A stretch of DNA of 64,000 nucleotides from an uncultured Clostridia bacterium (GCA_945829235.1 CALZUA010000002.1:58650-122649); one strand, 5' to 3'; positions 46,578 through 55,412 are shown, counted from the stretch's first letter. The notes: generated by a model not told the origin, from the sequence alone. Translations and numbers: made by a program.

Positions 46578-46606
46578 ATTATATCACAATTTCAGATAAA
46601 TGTCAA
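46578..46606 (-). promoter_or_regulatory. perfect consensus sigma-70 promoter immediately after the kinase stop codon
   Basis: On the minus strand: TTGACA (46606..46601), 17 nt, TATAAT (46583..46578). Confidence 0.7.
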
Positions 46607-46621
46607 GAAAAATCTGCAAAA

Positions 46622-48103
46622 TCATTTCTTATTTATCTTTATTTCCAGCTTATGCTTAGCTTTAGGTTCTTCGGGAACGGTTTCCTCGGCGATATATTCG
46701 GGCGCTTCAAACCAGAATTTGCTTCCTTGACCGAGATTGCTCTCCGCACCGAACGCGAAACCGTGCTGTTCGAGAACGCTTTTTACGATAGACAAACCGA
46801 TACCGCTGCCCATTTTTGCACGCTTGTGAGTTGCGGCACGCTCACTTACCTTGTAGTATCTGTCCCAGATATACGGGAGATTTTCGGGAGAAATGCCCTC
46901 GCCGTGGTCCTCAACCTCAAAGCGCATTTTTCTGTCACCCGTCCTGTAAAGCCGCACGATAACCTTGTTGTCGTCACCCGCATAAATCACTGCGTTGTTG
47001 ATAAGGTTGTACACAACCTGCTCAATTTTTGTCTTATCGGCAAACAGAACGATATCGTCCTGAGCCTCCAAATCAATGCAAATACCCTGATTTTCCTTGA
47101 TGATATCAAATCTCGAAATTACCGAAGAAAGACGTTGAGAGAAATTAAATGCTTCGCGATGCAACTCGGTTACACCTGCCTGAAGCTTTGACAAGTCGAG
47201 AATATCGGTAACCAGCGAAGAAAGCCGGTCGGTTTCGTCAATTATAACCTTGAGGTGACGTTCACGCTTTTCGGGATTATCACCCGACAAATCCCGTATC
47301 ATTTCAGCATACGCCTTAATCATCGTAAGCGGAGTTCTCAAATCGTGGGAAATGTTCGCCATAAGCTCACGGCGCAAATCATCGGATTTCGCAATTTCCT
47401 TTGAAGCCGTGGTAAGCGTTGCCGAAAGCTGTTTAATCTCGTCAAAATCATTTTTCTCGATTTTTGCGTCAAATTTGCCTTGCGGTAAATCCTTCGCAGA
47501 GTTGTTGATACGAATAATCGGCTCGGATATTTTCGCCGAGAAAAATGCCGACATAAATACCGTGAGAATCATCATAATTATCCCGACAATGATGAATTGT
47601 CGGACGAAAATGCTCACGGTTGTGCCAATCGGTTCGAGGTAGTTGCATATAAAAACGTAAGCGTCGGGATTGTAACGGTCGGTGCCGATATAGCTTCCCA
47701 TCATCAGCACGGAGTTGTTTTCCTGGTCATCGCGGAAATTTTTGTATATCTTTCCGTTTTTGGACTCGTTTATGCTCTTGATAAATCCGCCCTTTGCCAG
47801 AACCGCTAAAGAAAGGCTTCCGCCAAGCTTGTTTGCCGTATAAGAATAGTCGGTCTGCGGAAAATTTATCTCAATGTACATCTTTTTTTCGGCGGCTTGT
47901 TGGTTGATGATTTCAAAAACGTTCTCGTTTGACCAGTTTGCACGGATTTTAACAAATGTTTCCTCGATTTCGTAGGTTTTCATCCAGCTGTAAAAGCTCG
48001 GGAACAACGCTATCAGAAAAACGTAGGTAAACGCGAGAATTGCCATAACGACAACCTCAAATCGAAACCAAACGCGAACTTTAATACTGCGGAAAAAACT
48101 CAT
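46622..48103 (-). CDS. sensor histidine kinase (2 TM, HAMP, HisKA, HATPase_c)
   Basis: H-box ISHDLRTPLT, N-box NLINNAVIY, G1 VEDHGEGI and G2 GSGIGLSIV. Confidence 0.9.
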   Translation of the reverse strand: MSFFRSIKVRVWFRFEVVVMAILAFTYVFLIALFPSFYSWMKTYEIEETFVKIRANWSNENVFEIINQQAAEKKMYIEINFPQTDYSYTANKLGGSLSLAVLAKGGFIKSINESKNGKIYKNFRDDQENNSVLMMGSYIGTDRYNPDAYVFICNYLEPIGTTVSIFVRQFIIVGIIMMILTVFMSAFFSAKISEPIIRINNSAKDLPQGKFDAKIEKNDFDEIKQLSATLTTASKEIAKSDDLRRELMANISHDLRTPLTMIKAYAEMIRDLSGDNPEKRERHLKVIIDETDRLSSLVTDILDLSKLQAGVTELHREAFNFSQRLSSVISRFDIIKENQGICIDLEAQDDIVLFADKTKIEQVVYNLINNAVIYAGDDNKVIVRLYRTGDRKMRFEVEDHGEGISPENLPYIWDRYYKVSERAATHKRAKMGSGIGLSIVKSVLEQHGFAFGAESNLGQGSKFWFEAPEYIAEETVPEEPKAKHKLEIKINKK

Positions 48104-48104
48104 C

Positions 48105-48785
48105 TCACGCCTCGAATTTATATCCCAGACCGCGGAGCGTTACAATAAACTTGCGGTAAGGGCCAAGATTGTTTCTGAGCATTTTTATATGCGTGTCAAT
48201 CGTTCTGTCATCGCCGAAAAAGTCATAACCCCAGACCTCTTCCAGCAACTTGTTTCTTGTAAGAGCAATGTTCTTATTTCTCACGAGATAGAACAACAGG
48301 TCGTATTCCTTCGGAGTGAGATTTGCCTTTTCACCATCGATGAAAACATCGCGTGAAACAAAGTTTATCTCCAAACCCTCAAACTTTTCAACATCGGAGG
48401 ACGCAGGCGCGGGTGGCGCTGAAGCGGCATTGCGCTTTACAATCGCGTTTACTCTTGCCATAACCTCTTTCGGTGAAAACGGCTTGACAACATAGTCGTC
48501 AATCCCCAGCTCAAAGCCGAACAACTTGTCGTATTCCTCGCCGCGCGCCGAAAGCATAAGTACGGGAGTCTGCTTGAACTTGCGGATTTCCTTGCACGCA
48601 AGATAGCCGTCAAGCCTTGGCATCATTATATCCATTATGATAATATCATAATCCTTGTCCTTCGCCTTTTCGACAGCCTCCATTCCGTCGCACGCCTCGT
48701 CAACCTCGTGACCTTCAAATTCCGCGTATTCACGAATTACCTCTCGAATATTTTCTTCGTCGTCAACAACAAGAATTTTATACAT
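48105..48785 (-). CDS. OmpR/PhoB family response regulator
   Basis: Receiver domain (ILVVDDE, DIIIMDIMMP) plus winged-helix output (LTPKEYDLL..RGLGYKF). ATG 48785 has a GGAGG SD. The ORF-track start 48836 lies inside a terminator hairpin. Confidence 0.9.
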   Translation of the reverse strand: MYKILVVDDEENIREVIREYAEFEGHEVDEACDGMEAVEKAKDKDYDIIIMDIMMPRLDGYLACKEIRKFKQTPVLMLSARGEEYDKLFGFELGIDDYVVKPFSPKEVMARVNAIVKRNAASAPPAPASSDVEKFEGLEINFVSRDVFIDGEKANLTPKEYDLLFYLVRNKNIALTRNKLLEEVWGYDFFGDDRTIDTHIKMLRNNLGPYRKFIVTLRGLGYKFEA

Positions 48786-48816
48786 ATAAAACCTCCAAAT
48801 CCTGTTAATAATGCTG

Positions 48817-48854
48817 TAAAAAACGGGCGTTCTCAAATTTTATCAAGAACGCCC
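48817..48854 (-). terminator. intrinsic terminator 32 nt upstream of the response-regulator start codon
   Basis: On the minus strand: GGGCGTTCT-12 nt-AGAACGCCC followed by GTTTTTT. Confidence 0.75.
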
Positions 48855-48989
48855 CAAGCTAAACAAACACAATGAGGAAATTATGAACATTGCCATCGAA
48901 CAGATGATTTATCTGTCCGACAATTTAATTATAACTGACAATTATGAAAATGACGTGAAAAAAAGCTGAATGTTTTGTTAACCAAGCCG

Positions 48990-50069
48990 TTAATTTTCCC
49001 CAAAAAAGTCAACAACTTCAAACATCTTCAAATCAACGATATCGGGAATTCCCGTGTCATAATAAGCGTACTCGCTTTGTTCGAGAACCATCTCGCTGTT
49101 GTTCTCGTTTACAATTATCGGGAGCTTTATGGTAACGGTCATCGTGCCGTTTTTCTCCTCCATATTGAACGAGCCGCCCGATTCCTCGGCAAACCGCTTT
49201 ATAATCGGTATACCGCAACCTATTCTCTGACAAGCGAAGTTCAAATCCGGCGTCCTCTCCCCTTCCTCGGAGCGAGCGTTGCACTTGTTGGTAACCTGCA
49301 AAACTGCGTAAGGAACATCGGTGAAAACGGTCCGCGAAAGCGTTACCATCGGGCAACAGTCCACGGGTGAATACAAAAGCGCGTTCTGCAAAGCGTTTAT
49401 CAGTGCGGTTACGCAGTGACGTTGGTTTGCCTTGATAAAGTAGTCGTTCTTGTCGGCGAAAAATTCAATATGACGGCAACAGTTCTCCAAAGCCTCGTTG
49501 CACCGATTGATAACGCCCTCGACCAGCGCGTAAGTATCGATTTTCTTGTATGTAACCTTCGGATAGAACATATTCGCGTACTCAAAAATGTTCTTCCCGG
49601 CGGCGTTGAGGTACATTGTGCTTCTTTGGATATCGGCGAGCCGTTTTATATCGTCAAAGCGCTCCTCGATTTCGAGCTTTTTCTTTAGCGTTGAAAAAGA
49701 GCCCCACATAACCGCGATGTTGTGTTCAAAGTTGTTGATAAACGGGAGAATTTTCTCGTAAATATCGGACTTGTCTGCAATATCAAACAAATCTTCGGAG
49801 CTGAAAAGCTCGCAGAGGTACAATTCTCCGTGAACCGAAACTCTTGAACAATACTGTTTCCCGTTCACAACCATCAGAAAGCTTTCGCCGCTTTTGAGCT
49901 TATGGATATCGCTCATTGTGAGATTTTGAACGTTTGTTTTTGAGGTAACAAAGTTCTTTTTGTTGCAGAAAACGACATTCCAGTCCTTGTCAAACAGTAT
50001 GACGGGATTTGAAAAGCCACTGCAAAAATCAACAATTCTGTCAAGCTCGTTTTTATCCAAATCAGTCAC
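48990..50069 (-). CDS. soluble histidine-kinase-like protein with degenerate ATPase motifs
   Basis: No TM segment. The N-terminal third is PAS-like. A possible H-region is NNFEHNIAVMW, and an N-box-like motif is ALINALQNALLYSP. The G-boxes are only vestigial (QRIGCGIPIIKRFAEESGG). Confidence 0.6.
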   Translation of the reverse strand: MTDLDKNELDRIVDFCSGFSNPVILFDKDWNVVFCNKKNFVTSKTNVQNLTMSDIHKLKSGESFLMVVNGKQYCSRVSVHGELYLCELFSSEDLFDIADKSDIYEKILPFINNFEHNIAVMWGSFSTLKKKLEIEERFDDIKRLADIQRSTMYLNAAGKNIFEYANMFYPKVTYKKIDTYALVEGVINRCNEALENCCRHIEFFADKNDYFIKANQRHCVTALINALQNALLYSPVDCCPMVTLSRTVFTDVPYAVLQVTNKCNARSEEGERTPDLNFACQRIGCGIPIIKRFAEESGGSFNMEEKNGTMTVTIKLPIIVNENNSEMVLEQSEYAYYDTGIPDIVDLKMFEVVDFFGEN

Positions 50070-50074
50070 CGCCC

Positions 50075-51874
50075 TTAATCTTCGAGTAATTCTTCCATTT
50101 CGTCAAGCAAATTTGAGAAAAGCCCCAGCGCGTTTTCTACAGCCGACTTTGATGTCATATCAACCCCCGCGCCCTTCAAAAGCGAAATCGGGTCCTTCGA
50201 GCAACCACTACTCAAGAATTTGACATAATCGCGCACTGCCGTTTCACCCTCGTTGAGGATTTTCTGAGAAAGCGCGATTGCCGCAGAAAAGCCGGTCGCG
50301 TATTGATAAACGTAATAATCGTTGTAGAAATGTGGAATTCTTGCCCATTCCATATCAAGCTCTTTGTCAACAACCAAATCCTCGCCGTAATACTCGACAT
50401 TCAGCTTGTGGTAAATTTCGCAAAGATATTCGGCGGTAAGGCTTTCACCGCGCTCTGCTTTTTCGTTAATCATCAGCTCAAATTCCGCGAACATCGTCTG
50501 TCGATAAAGAGTTGTGCGGAATTGCTCAAGGAAATAGTTCACGAGATAAGCGCGGCGCTTCTTGTCCGTGCAGGTCTTCAAAAGGTGCTGCATAAGCAGG
50601 CTTTCGTTGCAGGTTGACGCAACCTCGGCGACAAAAATCACATAATCCGAATAAGCCACGGGCTGATTTTTGTTGGACAGATAGGAGTGAATTGCGTGCC
50701 CCATTTCGTGCGCGAGCGTAAATTCGCAGTTCAGCGTGTCCTTGTGGTTCAGCAGAATAAACGGGTGAACGCGACAGCCCGCCGAATAACCGCCGCTACG
50801 CTTGCCCTCGTTTTCGTAAACGTCAATCCAGCGCTCGTCAATTCCCTTTTTGAAAATCGCGCGGTACTCATCGCCCATCGGTGCCAGCGACTCGTAAACC
50901 TCGGCTTTTGCCTGCTCGAAGTCAATTTTATCGTCAACACCGCTCACAATCGGCACATACAAATCATACGGGTGCAACTCGGACAGACCGAGCGACTTTT
51001 TGCGAATTTTCACATAGCGGTGCATCAAATCCAAATTCTCGTGAACCGCCTCAATAAGTCGATGATAAACAGCTGTATCAACCTCATTTCTCGACAAAGC
51101 GGCGTCAAGAGTTGATTTGTACTTCTTTGCGCGCGCGTGGAAAATCAGCGCCTTAATCTGCCCCGAAAGCATTGCCGCAGACGTGTTTTTGAAGCTCTCG
51201 TAGGTGTGATAAAGACCGTCGAAAGCGGATTTGCGGAGCGTTCTGTCCTCGCTTCTCATAAGAGGGATAAAGCTCTCGTGCGTTATCTGATGCGGGTTCC
51301 CGTCCTTATCACAGGCGTCGGGGAATTTCAAATCCGCGTCGTTGAACATAGAGAAAATGTTGTCGGGAGAATTTACGATTTCACCCGTAAGCGCGATAAT
51401 TTTTTCCTCGTTTTCCGAGAGAATATGCTCGCGCTGAATGCGAATTTTATCGAGCGCGCGGCGGTAAAGCTCCAAATCGGGGCAATCCGCATAAAATTTC
51501 TCCAGCGTTTCATCGCTGATTGAAAGCAGTTCCGGTGTAACAAACGCCGCCGCTTCGTCAATCGCCACTACCAGAATATCCAGCCTGTTCGCCATATCCT
51601 GATACTTGGAAACGCGCGTATCCTCGTCACGCTTGCAAAGCGAGTAATAAGCTAGTTTGTCGAAAAGCACGGAAAGCTCATCGTTCATACAAAAATACTC
51701 CAGTAGCTTCTCGGCACTTTCGGAGAGCTTTCCCTTGAACGAGCCGATTTTTTCCGCATAAGACTGCGCTTTTTTGTAATCATCTTCCCACAAATCGTCG
51801 CTAGCGTAGATATCCTCAACCGACCATTTGTATTCCGAGGAAATTTCAGAACGCTCGGGTACTCTTTCAGACAT
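50075..51874 (-). CDS. pepF: oligoendopeptidase F (M3B)
   Basis: HEMGH zinc motif in TLAHEMGHAIHSY, about 600 aa. Confidence 0.9.
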   Translation of the reverse strand: MSERVPERSEISSEYKWSVEDIYASDDLWEDDYKKAQSYAEKIGSFKGKLSESAEKLLEYFCMNDELSVLFDKLAYYSLCKRDEDTRVSKYQDMANRLDILVVAIDEAAAFVTPELLSISDETLEKFYADCPDLELYRRALDKIRIQREHILSENEEKIIALTGEIVNSPDNIFSMFNDADLKFPDACDKDGNPHQITHESFIPLMRSEDRTLRKSAFDGLYHTYESFKNTSAAMLSGQIKALIFHARAKKYKSTLDAALSRNEVDTAVYHRLIEAVHENLDLMHRYVKIRKKSLGLSELHPYDLYVPIVSGVDDKIDFEQAKAEVYESLAPMGDEYRAIFKKGIDERWIDVYENEGKRSGGYSAGCRVHPFILLNHKDTLNCEFTLAHEMGHAIHSYLSNKNQPVAYSDYVIFVAEVASTCNESLLMQHLLKTCTDKKRRAYLVNYFLEQFRTTLYRQTMFAEFELMINEKAERGESLTAEYLCEIYHKLNVEYYGEDLVVDKELDMEWARIPHFYNDYYVYQYATGFSAAIALSQKILNEGETAVRDYVKFLSSGCSKDPISLLKGAGVDMTSKSAVENALGLFSNLLDEMEELLED

Positions 51875-51884
51875 AATTCTTCTC

Positions 51885-52442
51885 CTATTTCATTCTTTTT
51901 TGTATTTTGGGAACGAGAATTTTCTCGTAAAACGGCTTGAACAAACCGAGGAAAATGTCGTAAATCACAAACGCCACCGCGCCCAATCCCAGCAAAAACA
52001 GCGAGGTGTATTTTCCGAATTCGTTCATCTCTTCAAAGAGTTGCGTCATACCGAAAATGTAAATCAACAGCATATAACAGCTCACTGCCGAAGCCGCGTA
52101 AATAGCCATCTTAACCAGCCAGCGAAGCGGTTTGATTTTGATTTTCTGAAGAAATTCGCGCAGTATCGGATAATAGCCGAGCAAAAACAGGAACATCATC
52201 GCCGACTCGTAGTTTGACGTGATGAGCATACACAAAATTCCCACGGCTATATAGCTAACGATGCCGTATTTTACGCCGAGCCGCTCTCTTATCACCCAGA
52301 TAAGTATTCCTGCAACCGCCGGTGTAAAATACTCAAAAAACGGCACAAATCCCAGCAGAAACATCAGCGCCAGCGCCAGACCGCACATTATCCCGCAAAG
52401 CGAAACGATATAGCCGATATGCGGATTTTTCTTGCCCGACAT
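51885..52442 (-). CDS. hypothetical polytopic membrane protein
   Basis: Five to six hydrophobic helices and no confident family. Confidence 0.5.
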   Translation of the reverse strand: MSGKKNPHIGYIVSLCGIMCGLALALMFLLGFVPFFEYFTPAVAGILIWVIRERLGVKYGIVSYIAVGILCMLITSNYESAMMFLFLLGYYPILREFLQKIKIKPLRWLVKMAIYAASAVSCYMLLIYIFGMTQLFEEMNEFGKYTSLFLLGLGAVAFVIYDIFLGLFKPFYEKILVPKIQKRMK

Positions 52443-52454
52443 ACCAAACGCCCC

Positions 52455-53312
52455 TTATTTTTTTCGCTCCTGACCGTAAAATTCCATACTTTTTTCCTTG
52501 CGCTCGCGACCGTCTTTGAGCAACTCTTTCAGCTTAACAATATCATCGTTAACCATTGCGTCACGGTACTCCGAAAGCGAGTTTATGATATTGTTTATCT
52601 CAAACAACAGCGGCTCTTTGTTGCACAAAAACAGTCCCGACCACATTTCCTCGTTAAGATAAGCAACTCTTGTCAAATCAAGGAAGCTTCCCGCCGAGAA
52701 ACCGTCCGCGTTGAACAGCGACGGGCTTTTAACATAAGCGTTTGACACAACGTGTGCAAGCTGAGAGGTGTAGGCGATATTTCTGTCGTGCTGTTCGGGA
52801 GTTGCAAGAACAACCTTTCCGAAATTCATACAAGCGCCCAGCGTTGACACCAAATCAATCGCAATCTGCGGGGTGTTTTCGGTTGGCGTGATGATAAAGC
52901 TAGCCTTCCTGAACAAATCGCCGTCCGAGTAATCAAAACCCGAGTGTTCCGTACCTGCCATAGGGTGAGTTCCGATGAAAATTACGCCCCTCTCCTCAAG
53001 AATGGGAGTGCAGTTTTTCACGATATAACTCTTGATACCGCAGATATCCATTACAATTGAGCCTTTTTTGAACCCGTCGGCGTTTTCCTTTACAAAATCA
53101 ACAATAGCCATCGGGTAAAGCGCAACGATTGTCAAATTCGCCTCACCGAGCTTCTCAACAGAGATTTCTTCGTCGATTGCGCCCGCGGCGAGTGCTTTTT
53201 TAATCGTTTCCTTGTCCGAGTCGATGCCCATAATGTGGTGGAAAGTGTTTGCTTTGAGTGCCTTGCAGATTGAACCGCCTATCAGACCTAATCCTACTAC
53301 CGCTATATTCAT
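52455..53312 (-). CDS. tyrA: prephenate dehydrogenase
   Basis: NAD fold IAVVGLGLIGGS and HPMAGTE motif. Start at ATG 53312 or 53318. Confidence 0.85.
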   Translation of the reverse strand: MNIAVVGLGLIGGSICKALKANTFHHIMGIDSDKETIKKALAAGAIDEEISVEKLGEANLTIVALYPMAIVDFVKENADGFKKGSIVMDICGIKSYIVKNCTPILEERGVIFIGTHPMAGTEHSGFDYSDGDLFRKASFIITPTENTPQIAIDLVSTLGACMNFGKVVLATPEQHDRNIAYTSQLAHVVSNAYVKSPSLFNADGFSAGSFLDLTRVAYLNEEMWSGLFLCNKEPLLFEINNIINSLSEYRDAMVNDDIVKLKELLKDGRERKEKSMEFYGQERKK

Positions 53313-53392
53313 TTGCATTTCTCCTATATACAATATATTGTTATTATATCACATTTTTCTATAAAATGCAAGAGCTTTTTGTTAATAACTGC

Positions 53393-53428
53393 CAAAAAAA
53401 TAAAAGGGACGCCGAAACGCCCCTTTTT
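53393..53428 (-). terminator. intrinsic terminator after fba
   Basis: On the minus strand: GGGGCG-tttcgg-CGTCCC followed by TTTTATTTTTTT. Confidence 0.75.
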
Positions 53429-53444
53429 AAAGATTTTTCGGAAA

Positions 53445-54308
53445 TTAAGCCTTGCCGACAGAACCGAACAGCTCCATCTTCTCCCTAACGGTAGCCTTGA
53501 TTGCCTCGGCACCGGGAGCGAGAAGCTTTCTCGGGTCAAAGCCCTTACCCTGCTGGTCCTTGCCCTCTTCGATATACTTTCTTGTTGCCTCGGCAAAGGA
53601 GAGCTGGCACTCGGTGTTTACGTTAATCTTTGCAACGCCGAGAGAAATTGCCTTCTTAATCATATCAGCGGGGATACCCGTACCGCCGTGCAGAACGAGC
53701 GGCATATCGCCGACTTCCTTCTTGACAGCTTCGAGAGTTTCAAACGAAAGACCGGGCCAGTTTGCGGGATATTTACCGTGAATGTTGCCGATACCTGCGG
53801 CGAGCATTGTAACGCCGAGGTCTGCGATAGCCTTGCACTCCTTGGGGTCAGCGCACTCGCCGAGACCAACAACGCCGTCCTCTTCGCCGCCGATAGAACC
53901 AACCTCAGCCTCAATCGAAACGCCCAGAACATTGCAAGCGTCTACGAGAATTTTGGTCTTTTCGATATTCTCATCAATCGGATAGTGAGAACCGTCGAAC
54001 ATAATCGAAGAAAATCCTGCTCTGATGCACTTTTGCGCGCCCTCGAAGGTACCGTGGTCGAGGTGAAGAGCAACAGGAACGGTAATCTTCATTTCCTCGA
54101 GCATACCGTTAACCATACCAACGATGGTCTTGAAACCAGTCATATACTTGCCCGCGCCCTCGGATACACCGAGAATAACCGGCGACTTCAGCTCCTCAGC
54201 AACCGTAAGAATAGACTTTGTCCACTCAAGGTTGTTGATGTTGAACTGACCAACCGCATACTTGCCATCGCGAGCCTTGTTAAGCATTTCTTTTGCTGAA
54301 ACCAACAT
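53445..54308 (-). CDS. fba: class II fructose-1,6-bisphosphate aldolase
   Basis: HLDHG, LVLHGGTG and GV.KINV motifs. Confidence 0.95.
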   Translation of the reverse strand: MLVSAKEMLNKARDGKYAVGQFNINNLEWTKSILTVAEELKSPVILGVSEGAGKYMTGFKTIVGMVNGMLEEMKITVPVALHLDHGTFEGAQKCIRAGFSSIMFDGSHYPIDENIEKTKILVDACNVLGVSIEAEVGSIGGEEDGVVGLGECADPKECKAIADLGVTMLAAGIGNIHGKYPANWPGLSFETLEAVKKEVGDMPLVLHGGTGIPADMIKKAISLGVAKINVNTECQLSFAEATRKYIEEGKDQQGKGFDPRKLLAPGAEAIKATVREKMELFGSVGKA

Positions 54309-54426
54309 AAAAAAATCTCCTTTAAAATAAATTCGGATTTAATCCACAAAGTTATTATAACACACTTGTCCGAAAAAAGCAATATTTTTCGGAAAAATTT
54401 TCAAGATTTTACGAAAAGCGCGAAAA

Positions 54427-54753
54427 TCAGGTGTTGTGGTCTGAAGTATGGAACTGTTTCAGATTGCCTATTTTCTTTGCTCTTTCGCGCATTATATCGT
54501 CAACCTCTTCAACCGTAAGCCCACGCTCCGCCATCAATACGGCAACGTGATAAAACAGGTCGTTGATTTCGTTGGCAAGCTCGTCGTTGTCGGCATTTTT
54601 CGCCGCGATAACCATTTCCGTGCATTCCTCGCCGCACTTTTTGAGAATTTTATCCAAGCCCTTTTCAAAAAGGTAGCAGGTATAGCTTCCCTCCTGCGGG
54701 TTTTCTCTGCGGTTCAGAATTACCTCATACATTTCCTTGAATGCGTCTGTCAT
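54427..54753 (-). CDS. hisE: phosphoribosyl-ATP pyrophosphatase
   Basis: SYTCYLF.KG..KI.KK.GEE..E..IA.KN motif. ATG 54753 overlaps the upstream stop (ATGA) and has an AGGAGG SD. Confidence 0.85.
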   Translation of the reverse strand: MTDAFKEMYEVILNRRENPQEGSYTCYLFEKGLDKILKKCGEECTEMVIAAKNADNDELANEINDLFYHVAVLMAERGLTVEEVDDIMRERAKKIGNLKQFHTSDHNT

Positions 54754-55412
54754 TGTATAACCTCCTGTGTTGTTGGCTCGTCCCACACGATGTATTGACC
54801 GAGTGAAGCGAGATTTCTCGGATTTGCATTGAACGTCAACAGCTTTTCCGTTTTGCCGTTCAAATCGTTTGCTTTTACGATAATTTTACCGTTTTTGCGG
54901 TCGTATTCCGCGAAAATCGGGATTGTGTCTTTAATTCGGCTGTTGCGCAAACCAACGCCGGTGATGACGTAGAAAAGGCTGATTATGTAAAGAATACCGT
55001 CAACGCTCCAGATAACCATTCCAATCCCCAGCATAGTGTTGGACTGTGATACTTCTTTTAGATTGTTTAAATTATCAAGATAATACTTCTCGGGGTCAAG
55101 TATTATAATGCCTTTTTTCTCTTCCTGCTTCTTGGCGAAATACTCCTCAAAGCCTGTTCCGACAAGGGCTTCGGCTTCATCAGCACTCTTTCTGTAGTGG
55201 TCTGCCTTGCCGAAAAAATACCCGATACCCACAATAAAGCCTATGGTTACCGCAATCAAAAAGACTGAAGCTAAATTAAAACTGAACTTAACCGCCCTGA
55301 CGCCTTCCCTGCTGCAGTTTATCATAAATTTAGCTATTTGAATTATCTGAACAGTAAACACGGCGGTGCAAATAACCAAAGATATTATGCTGACAATCAA
55401 CCACACATTCAT
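54750..55412 (-). CDS. hypothetical membrane protein (4 TM plus soluble C-terminal domain)
   Basis: Sits between hisI and hisE and is translationally coupled to hisE. No family recognised. Confidence 0.6.
   Translation of the reverse strand: MNVWLIVSIISLVICTAVFTVQIIQIAKFMINCSREGVRAVKFSFNLASVFLIAVTIGFIVGIGYFFGKADHYRKSADEAEALVGTGFEEYFAKKQEEKKGIIILDPEKYYLDNLNNLKEVSQSNTMLGIGMVIWSVDGILYIISLFYVITGVGLRNSRIKDTIPIFAEYDRKNGKIIVKANDLNGKTEKLLTFNANPRNLASLGQYIVWDEPTTQEVIQ

Noticed and set aside
46529-47191. 220-aa plus-strand ORF starting in the kinase/xer intergenic region.
   Set aside because: It is antisense to the HATPase domain of the histidine kinase, and its first codons overlap the candidate small RNA promoter region. 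There is no motif and no SD.
48883-48969. 28-codon plus-strand ORF MNIAIEQMIYLSDNLIITDNYENDVKKS with a GAGGA 4-5 nt upstream.
   Set aside because: I found no plus-strand promoter, the SD spacing is too short, and there is no terminator. It overlaps the minus-strand leader, which has better signals. I keep it only as a note.
46271-48989. Invertible promoter switch (inverton) near the two-component operon, by analogy with recombinase-controlled switches such as the C. difficile cmr switch.
   Set aside because: I looked for inverted repeats bracketing the promoters in 46271..46621 and 48786..48989. I found only local hairpins and short direct repeats (AATTATGAA at 48879 and 48939), and no pair of 15-30 bp inverted repeats flanking a promoter.
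54369-54393. Hairpin TCCGAAAAA-n7-TTTTTCGGA downstream of hisE as an intrinsic terminator.
   Set aside because: The stem is almost all A-U and there is no U-run after it on the minus strand. It overlaps the -35 (TTGCTT) of the fba promoter. It may still attenuate read-through, but I cannot support a terminator call.
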